A DNA stretch of 64,000 bases from a virus, in IMG/VR virus record IMGVR_UViG_3300027771_000009, positions 1 to 64,000 of that record; one strand, given 5' to 3'. Of the stretch, positions 29,601 through 37,400 are shown in pieces (position 1 is the stretch's first letter; the number at the start of each line of letters is the position of its first letter). The position numbers were made by a program, and so were the translations under genes. Below the pieces are notes generated by a model that was given only the letters and a program-made list of their open reading frames with translations, made no database searches and was not told where the DNA came from.

Positions 29601-32368
29601 GTACTTCTGGAACTTCAGGTTCAAATGGAACATCTGGAACGAGTGGGAGTAGTGGTTCTTCTGGTACATCTGGTACATCTGGTAGTAGTGGTAGTAGTGG
29701 TTCAACTGGTACATCTGGTACATCTGGTACATCAGGTTCATCTGGTTCGTCTGGAACTTCTGGTTCAACTGGTACTGATGGTACATCTGGAACAAGTGGT
29801 ATAAGTGGTTCTTCTGGAACGAGTGGCACATCAGGTTCGTCTGGTTCATCTGGGACAAGTGGTAGTAGTGGTTCTTCTGGAACTTCTGGAACATCTGGTT
29901 CTTCTGGACAAGATGGTACATTATTTGGTAGTAGTGGTACATCTGGTAGTAGTGGTAGTAGTGGTACTTCTGGTTCTTCTGGTTCTTCTGGAACATCTGG
30001 TTCTTCTGGACAAGATGGTACATTATTTGGCTCATCTGGAACGGCTGGAACGAGTGGGAGTAGTGGTTCTTCTGGTACTTCTGGTTCTTCTGGTACAACT
30101 GGTACATCAGGTTCATCTGGGCAAGATGGAACTTTCTTTGGTTCATCTGGTTCATCTGGTACATCTGGTTCTTCTGGTAGTAGTGGTACTTCTGGTTCTT
30201 CTGGTACAACTGGTACATCAGGTTCGTCTGGGCAAGATGGTACTTTATTTGGAAGTAGTGGTACATCTGGAACGAGTGGAAGTAGTGGTTCTTCTGGAAC
30301 TTCTGGAGAAAGTGGTTCAGCAGGTACATCTGGTTCATCTGGACAAGATGGAACTTTATTCGGTTCTTCTGGTACATCTGGAACGAGTGGAAGTAGTGGT
30401 TCTTCTGGAACTTCTGGAGAAAGTGGTTCAGCAGGTACATCTGGTCAAACTGGAACATCTGGGCAAGATGGTACTTTCTTTGGAAGTAGTGGTTCTTCTG
30501 GAACTGCTGGAATATCTGGTTCATCTGGAACATCTGGATTGGGTAGTAGTGGTACTTCGGGTATCTCTGGAACATCTGGGCAGGATGGTACTTTCTTTGG
30601 CTCATCTGGTTCATCTGGGACAAGTGGGGAGAGTGGTTCATCTGGGACATCTGGATTAGGAAGTAATGGAACATCTGGTATTAGTGGAACATCTGGACAA
30701 GATGGTACTTTATTTGGTTCATCTGGTTCATCTGGAACTTCTGGTTCAAGCGGAAGTAGTGGTACATCTGGATTAGGGAGTAATGGTACATCTGGTATCT
30801 CTGGTTCATCTGGACAGGATGGTACTTTCTTTGGTTCATCTGGTTCGTCTGGGACAAGTGGGGAGAGTGGTTCGTCTGGTACTTCTGGTTTAGGTTCAGA
30901 TGGTACATCTGGAACTTCTGGTTCATCTGGACAAGATGGTACTTTATTTGGTTCATCTGGAACGGCTGGAACGAGCGGTGAGAGTGGTTCATCTGGAACA
31001 TCTGGATTGGGTAGTAGTGGTACTTCGGGTATCTCTGGAACATCTGGGCAAGATGGAACTTTATTTGGAAGTAGTGGTACATCTGGAACGAGTGGAATAA
31101 CTGGTTCATCTGGAACATCAGGATTAGGAACTAATGGTACATCTGGTTCTTCTGGACAAGATGGAACTTTATTCGGTTCTTCTGGTTCTTCTGGTACGAG
31201 TGGAATAACTGGTTCTTCTGGAACATCGGGATTAGGAACTAATGGTACATCTGGTTCTTCTGGGCAAGATGGAACTTTATTTGGAAGTAGTGGTTCTTCT
31301 GGTACTTCTGGTGAAAGCGGTTCTTCTGGAACATCTGGGTTAGGAAGTAGTGGTACTTCTGGTGTTAGTGGAACATCTGGGCAAGATGGTACTTTATTTG
31401 GGAGTAGTGGTTCTTCTGGTACTTCTGGTGAAAGTGGTTCTTCTGGAACGTCTGGATTAGGTTCATCGGGTACATCTGGTATCTCTGGAACATCTGGGCA
31501 AGATGGTACTTTATTTGGTTCATCTGGTTCATCTGGAACTTCTGGAGCTGGTTCATCTGGAACTTCTGGATTATCAGGTTCATTTGGTACATCTGGTATC
31601 TCTGGAACATCTGGATTGGATGGTACAAACTTCGGAACATCTGGTACTGCTGGAACATCTGGAGCTGGTTCATCTGGAACGTCTGGTGTAGATGGAGTAC
31701 TTGGTTCAAATGGAACATCTGGAATATCCGGATTGGATGGTACAAACTTCGGTTCAGCTGGTAGTAGTGGTTCGTCTGGTACTTCTGGAGAAAGTGGAAG
31801 TAGTGGTACTTCTGGAGCTGGTTCTTCTGGAACTTCTGGTGAGAGTATAACCCAATTTGGTACAGCTAATGATGGTGTAGTTCGTTGGGATAATGATTTA
31901 GAATCTAATTACGTTAATACTGATTTAGTATATAATGGAACTTTACTAAGTGTAACTGGTAGTGTTAACACAACTGTGGATTTAATCGCTGGTGGTGATT
32001 TAATAGCAAGTGGTGAAGTTAGTGGTTCTACATCAATACATACGAAAAACTTTGTTGAACTTTATTCAACATTGGGAACAGGTGGTAGTACATCAATTGA
32101 TTTAACATCAGCAAATAATTTTGAATATACTGTAAACGCAACTTCTACAATAGCATTCGCAAACTCACCAACGGCTCCGAAAGCATTTGGATTTACATTG
32201 GTATTAAACAATGGTGGTTCACAGGCGATAACGTGGCCAACTGGTACATTATGGGCAGGTGGAATAGCACCAGCATTAACTGCTAGTGGAACGGATATCT
32301 TGGTATTCTATACTTATGATGGAGGGGTAAGTTATTACGGATTCCTAACGGCAGTAAATTTAAGTTAA
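20603..32368 (+). CDS. Giant (3921 aa) fibre protein: SGS-rich shaft repeats, two cupredoxin-like domains, Gly-X-X tracts, C-terminal tip domain
   Basis: About 27 G(S/D)G..LF(D/N)IP...SGSVTASV repeats; two Y.C.NHSGM motifs; GTS/GSS tracts; C-terminal IDL...FTLVL..GG...ITWP...W.GG.AP.LT..G.DIL.F.T.DGG domain common at fibre ends. Confidence 0.75.
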   Translation: MSQLLSGKVRVVRPQDVSDDRYEYLSLQEAEPNLGIPLSGSIASGSVALIASDVDGNRLFITKIQLEEFSGSFSGSFAGDGSELNNLPFSSQLISGSASASIAPNTGFLVNVSSSFDGDVDVNGDVRVTGDLYVDDRIVAREILVEIVSSSIIFSSGSNKFGNTPDDLQEFTGSVGMNGSLNVEGDISTTNVTASIVSSSLFIGDGSQLFNLPAAEQSSRIADGAVSASVDNETGFIVISKESGSQFTGSLFVSGGISLGSGSVFSGSGANLFDIPKAALTPDALLSSFITSGSVTASVDPNFGFKLEGTDRAEFSSSLFVSGGVSLGSGSVFSGSGADLFDIPRSALTQDALLSNVIVSGSVTASVSPSKGLVVTSIESGSTFFGDIKLQTGSFSGSGANLFNIPRSAITEDADLSTFITSGSITASVTPDDGFVVTSIESGSTFFGDVRVESGSTFSGSGADLFDIPRSAFTGDAFRIASGSVTASVTPNDGFVVTSIESGSTFFGDVTLSSGSIFSGSGEGLFDIPRSALTNDALLSTEIVTGSITASVTLEEGLVVTSVESGSTFFGEVRVESGSAFSGSGEKLRDIPFSALSTDAQDSITSLVSDESKILVSGSVSASVDAENGFIVTSIASGSTFFGNVGVASGSSFSGSGALLNDIPFAAISTTSDDTFSSIISGDSKRLITGSITASVDINKGFVIESKEKGTQITGSVNISGSISSSVFEGDGSGLVNIPRSALTEDALVSTEITTGSITASVTPENGFTVTSVELGSTFSGSINVDLAVTASGFKGSGRDLTDIVTTQLVSGAVIADVSPDAGFRVVSQTVGSQFTGSVSVDTSMQAVTFVSASTFKGSGAELTDIVITEIISGAVSATVTPDDGFVVTSNDSGSTFVGSVDVDGLVTVTDSINITGNVSASMFTGSGAGLFNIPRSALTEEALLISEIVSGSITASVSPDSGFTVTSIESGSTFLGEVRVESGFTFSGSGANLFNIPRSALTEDADLSTFITSGSVTASVTPENGFVVTSIESGSTFSGSVFLSSGSFFSGSGEQLFDIPKSAISDLDTSLIFSGSVSASTRPSTGFTVTSIESGSTFLGEVRVESGSVFSGSGEKLFDIPKSAISDLDSSLIFSGSVTASVEPTDGFIVTSIVSGSTFFGDIKLQTGSFSGSGAKLFDIPRTALTPDALVSTLITSGSATASISPNFGFVVNTSSSIEGDLTVDNDLYVGGAINATELNVTFINSEVIYSSGSNQFGDSITDRQEFTGSINVSGSLNVDDGIIGGDGSGLFNIPQSALTEAATLIATGSVTASVHPIRGFEVNSKSKFEDTLTITGSLIVNNQNRVTDNLTKVITVQSTDAGNKYFVDGILRPLIYLTVGNTYTFNQSDSSNSTHEIRFSTTDDGTHGGGSSYTTDVDNGSIAAGTNGSAVTIEITSETPTTLYYYCLNHSGMGASTLQLNVFPSSNSLIEDDVKISGSLIVTENITANIINAEQYSGSFFSGSGRDLFDIPFSNLTGDAFKIVSGSVTASVSPNDGFVVTSKDSGSQFTGSLFISGGVEINSGSSFSGSGENLFNIPLAAFTPAAQDAVDAILSFEAGRISTGSVTASVDVERGFIVDSVISGSTFSGSLFVSGGISVISGSVFSGSGADLFDIPFTALSQEAINALISTEIKSGSVTASVAPDTGFVVTSIESGSTFTGSVDISGSISASLFEGDGSGLTNIQLANLSLEISQITSGSVTASVDPIEGFVVTSLDSGSTFTGSVDVSGSFTVTGGIITGDGSGITNIDLANLSIDASSIFTGSVTASVKEDGRFIVEDSTHVVKSEFSGSIFVSESVIARAFIGDGSQITNVQAAASPKIASGSATASVESGEFFIVNSFSGSQFTSSVDISGSVSASLFIGDGGGLFNIPLDALEDLQLVKINSGSGEAIIDPDKLFVNVPITASRYDGDGSGLFNIPAESLQDLKLDKIESGSAVAIISPDRGLEINVGVSVSQSLSVSGGLFITGSDVIAASGSTFVGDGSGLSNINIANLAFETSLLESGSATAEISPNLGLQINTSASISGGLSVEKNIYSPIINGGQITGSLYGGYYGEGDAVDRDILIYDDARSKYVPVPESTPTIAEPFTNVTEVTIVHNFDVEYPIVQVYETGSNGMIIPQAIEPLNSNSIKVTFSGLTSGHVVVGSGGSKISGAVSGDNVIGIVPSASRASSALIADTATNVAGLDSASIALLNNLENFVLNEQTASMTVLSSSFALTASYALNAASSDSSGDISSDITASMSVATASYSHYALTASYALNAGEAGGGGDLTSAQTASMYVYSSSFSSIAEFALNAGGSGAGFPFEGYAELTGSLDISGSLIITGSTFIQNLESGSSDFVVTYNETTGRLEKRDIEAAQGADGTSGSSGTSGSSGTSGSSGTSGSSGTSGSDGTSGSSGTSGTSGTSGTSGTSGTSGTSGSSGSSGSSGSSGSSGTSGTTGTSGSSGTSGTSGTSGTSGTSGSSGSSGSSGSSGSSGSSGTTGSHGTSGSSGSSGSSGSGGTSGSSGSSGTSGSSGSSGTSGSSGSSGTSGSSGSSGSSGTSGSTGREGGRLYTVTNNGFNYSFAGYVGNFPTLTLVKGELYYFDVSGVSISHPFAIRLADGDSTSVPGIDNNDTVSGKYGTDVLIKYRVPEDAPNSIVYQCVNHSGMIGTISIVNKNGTSGTSGSSGTSGTSGSSGSSGTSGTSGSSGTSGSSGTSGTSGSAGSAGTSGSSGTSGTSGSSGSSGTSGSSGTSGTSGSSGSSGTSGSSGTSGSSGSSGSSGSSGTSGTSGTSGSSGSSGSSGSSGTSGSSGTSGSSGSSGSSGSSGSSGSSGTSGSSGLSGSNGTSGSSGSSGTSGESGSSGTSGTSGTSGTSGTSGEAGSSGTSGTSGTSGVSGSSGTSGTSGTSGTSGTSGEAGSSGTSGTSGSSGTSGTSGTSGSSGSSGTSGTSGSNGTSGTSGTSGSSGTSGSSGSSGSSGTSGTSGSNGTSGTSGSSGSSGTSGTSGSSGSSGSTGTSGTSGTSGSSGSSGTSGSTGTDGTSGTSGISGSSGTSGTSGSSGSSGTSGSSGSSGTSGTSGSSGQDGTLFGSSGTSGSSGSSGTSGSSGSSGTSGSSGQDGTLFGSSGTAGTSGSSGSSGTSGSSGTTGTSGSSGQDGTFFGSSGSSGTSGSSGSSGTSGSSGTTGTSGSSGQDGTLFGSSGTSGTSGSSGSSGTSGESGSAGTSGSSGQDGTLFGSSGTSGTSGSSGSSGTSGESGSAGTSGQTGTSGQDGTFFGSSGSSGTAGISGSSGTSGLGSSGTSGISGTSGQDGTFFGSSGSSGTSGESGSSGTSGLGSNGTSGISGTSGQDGTLFGSSGSSGTSGSSGSSGTSGLGSNGTSGISGSSGQDGTFFGSSGSSGTSGESGSSGTSGLGSDGTSGTSGSSGQDGTLFGSSGTAGTSGESGSSGTSGLGSSGTSGISGTSGQDGTLFGSSGTSGTSGITGSSGTSGLGTNGTSGSSGQDGTLFGSSGSSGTSGITGSSGTSGLGTNGTSGSSGQDGTLFGSSGSSGTSGESGSSGTSGLGSSGTSGVSGTSGQDGTLFGSSGSSGTSGESGSSGTSGLGSSGTSGISGTSGQDGTLFGSSGSSGTSGAGSSGTSGLSGSFGTSGISGTSGLDGTNFGTSGTAGTSGAGSSGTSGVDGVLGSNGTSGISGLDGTNFGSAGSSGSSGTSGESGSSGTSGAGSSGTSGESITQFGTANDGVVRWDNDLESNYVNTDLVYNGTLLSVTGSVNTTVDLIAGGDLIASGEVSGSTSIHTKNFVELYSTLGTGGSTSIDLTSANNFEYTVNATSTIAFANSPTAPKAFGFTLVLNNGGSQAITWPTGTLWAGGIAPALTASGTDILVFYTYDGGVSYYGFLTAVNLS
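20834..26720 (+). repeat. About 27 copies of a ~55-70 aa fibre-shaft repeat
   Basis: SGSGxxLFDIPxSAL...SGSVTASVxPxxGFVVTSIESGSTF units; counted by eye. Confidence 0.8.
27812..28373 (+). repeat. Gly-X-X tract 1 (GTS/GSS), about 185 aa
   Basis: 9-nt periodicity ggN (a/t)cN/agt tct/agt. Confidence 0.9.
28709..31841 (+). repeat. Gly-X-X tract 2, about 1040 aa, with 15 GQDGT(L/F)F higher-order units
   Basis: ca(a/g)gatgg at 29909, 30011, 30122, 30233, 30344, 30464, 30581, 30698, 30815, 30932, 31049, 31157, 31265, 31382, 31499. Confidence 0.9.
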
Positions 32369-32388
32369 AAAGGTAATAGTTATGAATT

Positions 32389-33264
32389 ATGAGTATAGCA
32401 AGGAGATTAATCGCATCATCAGGAGGAGGAGAAGTGGAACCATTTAAATTTCAATTAACATTATCCTCTGGTCAAACCTATGGGTTACCATTATTCTCAG
32501 TAGCTGGTACTCAACCTAACATTATAGTAGATTGGGGTGATAGTTCTGAAAGTACTGTAACAAATGTAAATGATGCAAATCGTTTTCATACATATACATC
32601 TGGTGGAACTTATACAGTTTCAATCATCGGTTCATTACCTGGATTTAGAGTAGATAACGATACCTATAAATTATTGTATAGTGCAATATTAGACTGGGGT
32701 AATGTTGGACTTCGTAGTTTAAATTTCTACGGATGTGTAAACATAACATCAATACCATCTGCAACGAATGGATTAAGTAGGGTAACTCAATGGAACAATA
32801 CATTTAGAGGTACAAGTATAACATCGATACCATCTGGTTTATTTGCTTTTTCAACATCTGCATACGAATTTGTGGATACTTTTTCATTTACAAAGATAAC
32901 ATCAGTTCCTAACAATTTATTTGATAATAATACGGGTGTATCTTCATTCGCATCTACATTCAATGCATGTACATCTTTAGTGACTGTACCAAATGAGTTG
33001 TTTAGATATAATACAATTGTAATTAACTTTTCATCAACATTCAGAAACAATAGAGCATTAACAAACATACCAACATTTCAGTATAATCAAAATGTTAGTA
33101 TCTTTTTAAATGTATTTAATATGTCATCGACTAATAATGGTTCCTCAAATTGGGGAACTGTTGAAGCATTATGGAGTAGAAACCCCGAACCTTTAGGTGT
33201 AAACGCATTTAACAATTGTACTGGGGCAACAAATTTTAGTTCAATACCTATAAATTGGAAATAA
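32389..33264 (+). CDS. Putative fibre-tip adhesin: PKD-like domain plus BspA-type leucine-rich repeats
   Basis: VDWGD...HTY...GTYTVSI (PKD-like); ITSIPSGLF, ITSVPNNLF, LVTVPNELF with F..TF repeats. Confidence 0.65.
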   Translation: MSIARRLIASSGGGEVEPFKFQLTLSSGQTYGLPLFSVAGTQPNIIVDWGDSSESTVTNVNDANRFHTYTSGGTYTVSIIGSLPGFRVDNDTYKLLYSAILDWGNVGLRSLNFYGCVNITSIPSATNGLSRVTQWNNTFRGTSITSIPSGLFAFSTSAYEFVDTFSFTKITSVPNNLFDNNTGVSSFASTFNACTSLVTVPNELFRYNTIVINFSSTFRNNRALTNIPTFQYNQNVSIFLNVFNMSSTNNGSSNWGTVEALWSRNPEPLGVNAFNNCTGATNFSSIPINWK

Positions 33265-33266
33265 TT

Positions 33267-33716
33267 ATGTATTTAAAGATAGACAACGAAAATATAATAT
33301 ATCCATATACAATTAGTGATTTAAAAGCTGAAAATAGTAATATAAGCTTTCCTACATCACTTACTAATGATTCTTTGGAAGATTTTAACGTATATCCAGT
33401 CACTTCAATTAATTGTGGTAGTGATTATACAAAAAACTACGAAGAGGATACTCCGATACTATCTGGTTCGGTATATATCCAAGTTTGGAACGAAACAAAC
33501 GCTTCAGATGAAGAAATTTCAACAAAAGTTGAAGAAAAGTGGTTAGAAATTAGAGAACTTAGAGATACTTTACTTACACAATCGGATTGGACTCAATTCC
33601 AAGATTCACCAATAACAGGTTCTACTCTAACTGAGTGGCAAACTTACAGACAATCCCTAAGAGATATAACATCTCAATCAAATCCATTTTCTTTGAGCTG
33701 GCCAGCTCGACCTTAG
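33267..33716 (+). CDS. Tail fibre assembly chaperone-like protein
   Basis: W.EIR..RD.LL..SDWTQ..DSP...W..YRQ.LRDIT.Q...WP..P signature; ATG 33267 preferred to TTG 33255. Confidence 0.7.
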   Translation: MYLKIDNENIIYPYTISDLKAENSNISFPTSLTNDSLEDFNVYPVTSINCGSDYTKNYEEDTPILSGSVYIQVWNETNASDEEISTKVEEKWLEIRELRDTLLTQSDWTQFQDSPITGSTLTEWQTYRQSLRDITSQSNPFSLSWPARP

Positions 33717-33737
33717 AAGGTAAAAGATAAATACTTT

Positions 33738-33746
33738 ATATTTATA
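33738..33746 (+). promoter_or_regulatory. Putative late promoter ATATTTATA
   Basis: Recurrent intergenic motif. Confidence 0.6.
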
Positions 33747-33772
33747 TCTAAATAGAATAGATTTAAAGTGAT

Positions 33773-34093
33773 ATGAGAATAGATTCACCAAGTTTTTCGG
33801 GTTCAATCAACCAAGCACCATCGGCATACGCTGATTTGAGTGGTTCCTTTACTGGTTCCTTTACTGGAAGTTTTAAAGGTGATATATCAGTAGATACAGC
33901 GGAGTTTACTAACCTAAGTGTAAAGGATTCCCTTCAAATTGGGTATGAGAAAGATAATACAACTGAATTTGTATTAGTATCAAGTGGTTCAATAAATGTT
34001 TCTGGTTCAATTGATTTACAGGGTGGTTCATATAATGTGGATGGGGTAAGTGTATTAGATTCAGCAATAGCATTCGCAATAGCATTAGGATAA
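33773..34093 (+). CDS. Small fibre-associated protein ending AIAFAIALG
   Basis: SGSFTGSFTGSF repeat; hydrophobic C-terminus resembles the PFSLALEG end of the 5098-aa protein. Confidence 0.6.
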   Translation: MRIDSPSFSGSINQAPSAYADLSGSFTGSFTGSFKGDISVDTAEFTNLSVKDSLQIGYEKDNTTEFVLVSSGSINVSGSIDLQGGSYNVDGVSVLDSAIAFAIALG

Positions 34094-34103
34094 AACATAA
34101 AAT

Positions 34104-34436
34104 ATGGCAAATACATTTAAAAATAGTATAAAAGGACCCGCTGGAACCAGTGGGTTATCAGTTTATTCCTGTCCAGCGGCAACATCTGCAACTGTGATTG
34201 GTGTGAATGTAGCTAATATCGTAGCACAAAATATAGAAATTGATGTTGAAATAACTGATAATTCGGCTGGGGTAACAAAATATTTAGTAAAGGGGGCAAC
34301 ACTCCCACAAGGTTCATCAACTATTTTAGTAGGTGGTGACCAAAAAGTAGTATTAGAAGCAAATGATTCAATAACTGTAACATCTTCGGTAAATTCATCG
34401 GTAGATGTTGTAGTATCGGTATTGGAAATTACATAA
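34104..34436 (+). CDS. Small virion beta-sandwich protein (MANTFK type)
   Basis: Paralogous to the termini of 19714..20580; sits between fibre genes. Confidence 0.6.
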   Translation: MANTFKNSIKGPAGTSGLSVYSCPAATSATVIGVNVANIVAQNIEIDVEITDNSAGVTKYLVKGATLPQGSSTILVGGDQKVVLEANDSITVTSSVNSSVDVVVSVLEIT

Positions 34437-34449
34437 AATAAAAAAGTGA

Positions 34450-37400
34450 ATGAAATACACAGGTAAAAACCCAAATGGTTTAAATCAAATCAGTCAAAGT
34501 TTACTATCATTAGATGTAAATGGAGTTGAGCAACTAAATATTTCAACTGATTCGGTTATTATTAACACCGAATTATCAGTTGAGAAAGGTATTTCTGCCG
34601 TTTCATATACTGGTTCGGTATTTAGTGGAAGTGAGGTGGTTACATCCACACTTACTGCAGATGGTATCGTTGTAGGTACGATAGATGGTACAATTATTAG
34701 TGGTACTGAATTTAGTGGCTCATTTAGTGGGTCTTTTGAAGGTGACGGAAATTCTATAACCAATATACCTACATCAGCATTGGTTGGTGATATCAATAGA
34801 ATTGCTGAAGGTGATTCTAACGCAACTATAACTGATGATAAACTTTCAATAAATGTTGATACTGATATAACTGGTTCAGTATTAGTAACAAACACACTTT
34901 CAGCATCTTTTGTAGAAGGTGATGGTAGTAGGTTGTTTAATATATCAGCTGATTCGGTTGGTGATATTAATAGATTACAATCTGGTTCCGCAACAGCTAT
35001 AATCTCTCCTAATGAAGGTTTAGTTACCAATGTAGGAATTGTAACTCAAAAGTATTTGGGTGTGTCTGGTTCTGCTAATATAGCTGGAGACTTAGATGTA
35101 GAAGGAACTGCAACAATCCAAAACTTAAATGTTGAGGGAATAATTACAACAACTGAGTTAAAGGCAACTTACATTTCATCATCAATAATTTACGCAACTG
35201 GTTCAAACAAATTTGGAGATGATTCTTCAGCTGTTCAAGAGTTTACTGGTTCGGTTAGAATAAAAGATACAATACAAATACCAAAATATTCATCAGACCC
35301 TGCATCTGGTAGAGTTGGTGAAATATATTACAACGATACTGATACTAACATATATCGATATACAGGTACCGAATGGTTAGAGGCAGCTGGAACGGCTGGT
35401 TCTTCTGGAACATCTGGAACATCTGGAACATCTGGTACTTCTGGTTCTTCTGGTACATCTGGTACATCTGGTTCTTCTGGAACATCTGGTGAAGATGGTA
35501 CTGATGGAAGCGGTGGTACTTCTGGTACTTCTGGTACTTCTGGTACATCTGGAACATCTGGTTCTGGTGGTACATCTGGTTCTGGAGGCACATCAGGAAC
35601 TTCTGGTACATCTGGAACGTCTGGTTCTGGTGGTACATCTGGTACTTCTGGAAGTAGTGGTACAAGTGGTACATCTGGTTCTTCTGGTGAAGATGGTACT
35701 GATGGTAGTGAGGGTACTTCTGGTACTTCTGGAACAAGCGGTACTTCTGGTACTTCTGGTTCTTCTGGTACAAAGGGAACTGCTGGTAGTGGAGGAACAT
35801 CTGGTTCATCTGGATTTGGTTCGTCTGGTACAAGTGGTAGTGGTGGAACTGCTGGAACTGGTGGTAGTGGTGGTACTTCTGGTACTTCTGGTACTTCTGG
35901 TACTTCTGGTACTTCTGGTACTTCTGGTGAAGATGGTACTGGTGGAACATCTGGGACAAGTGGAACATCTGGGACAAGTGGAACAAACGGAACTGCTGGA
36001 ACTGGTGGTAGTGGAGGTACTTCTGGTACTTCTGGTACATCGGGAACTTCAGGTACATCTGGTACATCTGGTACATCCGGATTGGATGGAGCTACTGGAA
36101 CTGGTGGAGCTACTGGTACATCTGGGACAAGTGGAACATCTGGAACATCTGGAACATCTGGAACAACCGGTACTTCTGGAACAAGCGGTACTTCTGGAAC
36201 ATCTGGAACTAACGCAACGGCTGGTTCTGGTGGAACGGCAGGTACTTCTGGAACTTCTGGAACTTCTGGTACTTCTGGAACAAGCGGTGTTGATGGTACA
36301 TCAGGAACATCTGGGACAAGTGGAACATCTGGAACATCTGGAACTAACGGAACTGCTGGTAGTGGTGGTACAAATGGAACTGCTGGAACTGGAGGAACTT
36401 CAGGAACGAACGGAACTGCAGGAACTGGTGGTACAAATGGAACTGCTGGTAGTGGAGGTACATCTGGTAGTGGTGGTACAAATGGAACTGCTGGAACTGG
36501 AGGAACTTCAGGAACGAACGGAACTGCAGGAACTGCTGGAACTGGTGGTACAAATGGAACTGCTGGTAGTGGGGGTACATCTGGTACATCTGGGACAAGT
36601 GGAACATCTGGAACATCTGGAACATCTGGAACAACCGGTACTTCTGGAACAAGCGGTACTTCTGGAACATCTGGAACGAACGGAACTGCTGGTAGTGGTG
36701 GTACAAATGGAACTGCTGGTAGTGGAGGTACATCAGGAACAAATGGAACTGCTGGTAGTGGAGGTACATCCGGAGCATTAGCATTAACTGGTACTACTAA
36801 CAATGGTTTACTTACCTATGATGGTACTGGGGCAAACGTTGAGAGTAATCTTACTTTCGATGGAACAACATTAAACTTAACTGGTAACTTAAATGTTACT
36901 GGTACACAAACAACTGTCAATACTGAAATAATTCAATTGGCAGATAATATTATAACTCTTAATTCAAACTTTACAACTGGTACTCCATCGGAGAATGCAG
37001 GTATTGAAGTATTAAGAGGTTCATCATCAACAAAATCATTTTATTGGAAAGAATCATCAGATAGATGGTATTCAGATTCAAACTTTGAAGTGTTTGGTGA
37101 TTTATATACACAACGCATAAATACTGGACAAGGACTTACTGAGGTTTACAATATGAACCAAAACGTTCGTTCAACTGATTCACCTACATTCGATGGATTA
37201 ACCATTGGTGATAGTGGTAACACAGGTACAACTCTAAACATTATAGCAACAAATACTGCTGGTTCTGGTGCACAAACCGCTATGATTAATATGAGTGGTT
37301 ATGAAGGTAGAGCAATTGGTACTATGTTTACTGATGTATCTTATAGTGGTAGAGAATGGTTTGCTGGTTTACGATATAGTGGTGGATTCGCAAATTACCA

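Noticed and set aside
27812-36777. Canonical collagen or bacterial ice-nucleation protein annotation for the Gly-X-X tracts
   Set aside because: No Pro and few charged triplets, and no AGYGSTxT 8/16-residue periodicity; kept only as an open structural question.
20875-36803. Long minus-strand and alternative-frame ORFs (PEVP-, MFQ-, VLLV-rich; up to 661 aa)
   Set aside because: Shadows of the GGN-WSN-rich repeats, which lack stops in other frames; low complexity and fully overlapping the real + strand genes.
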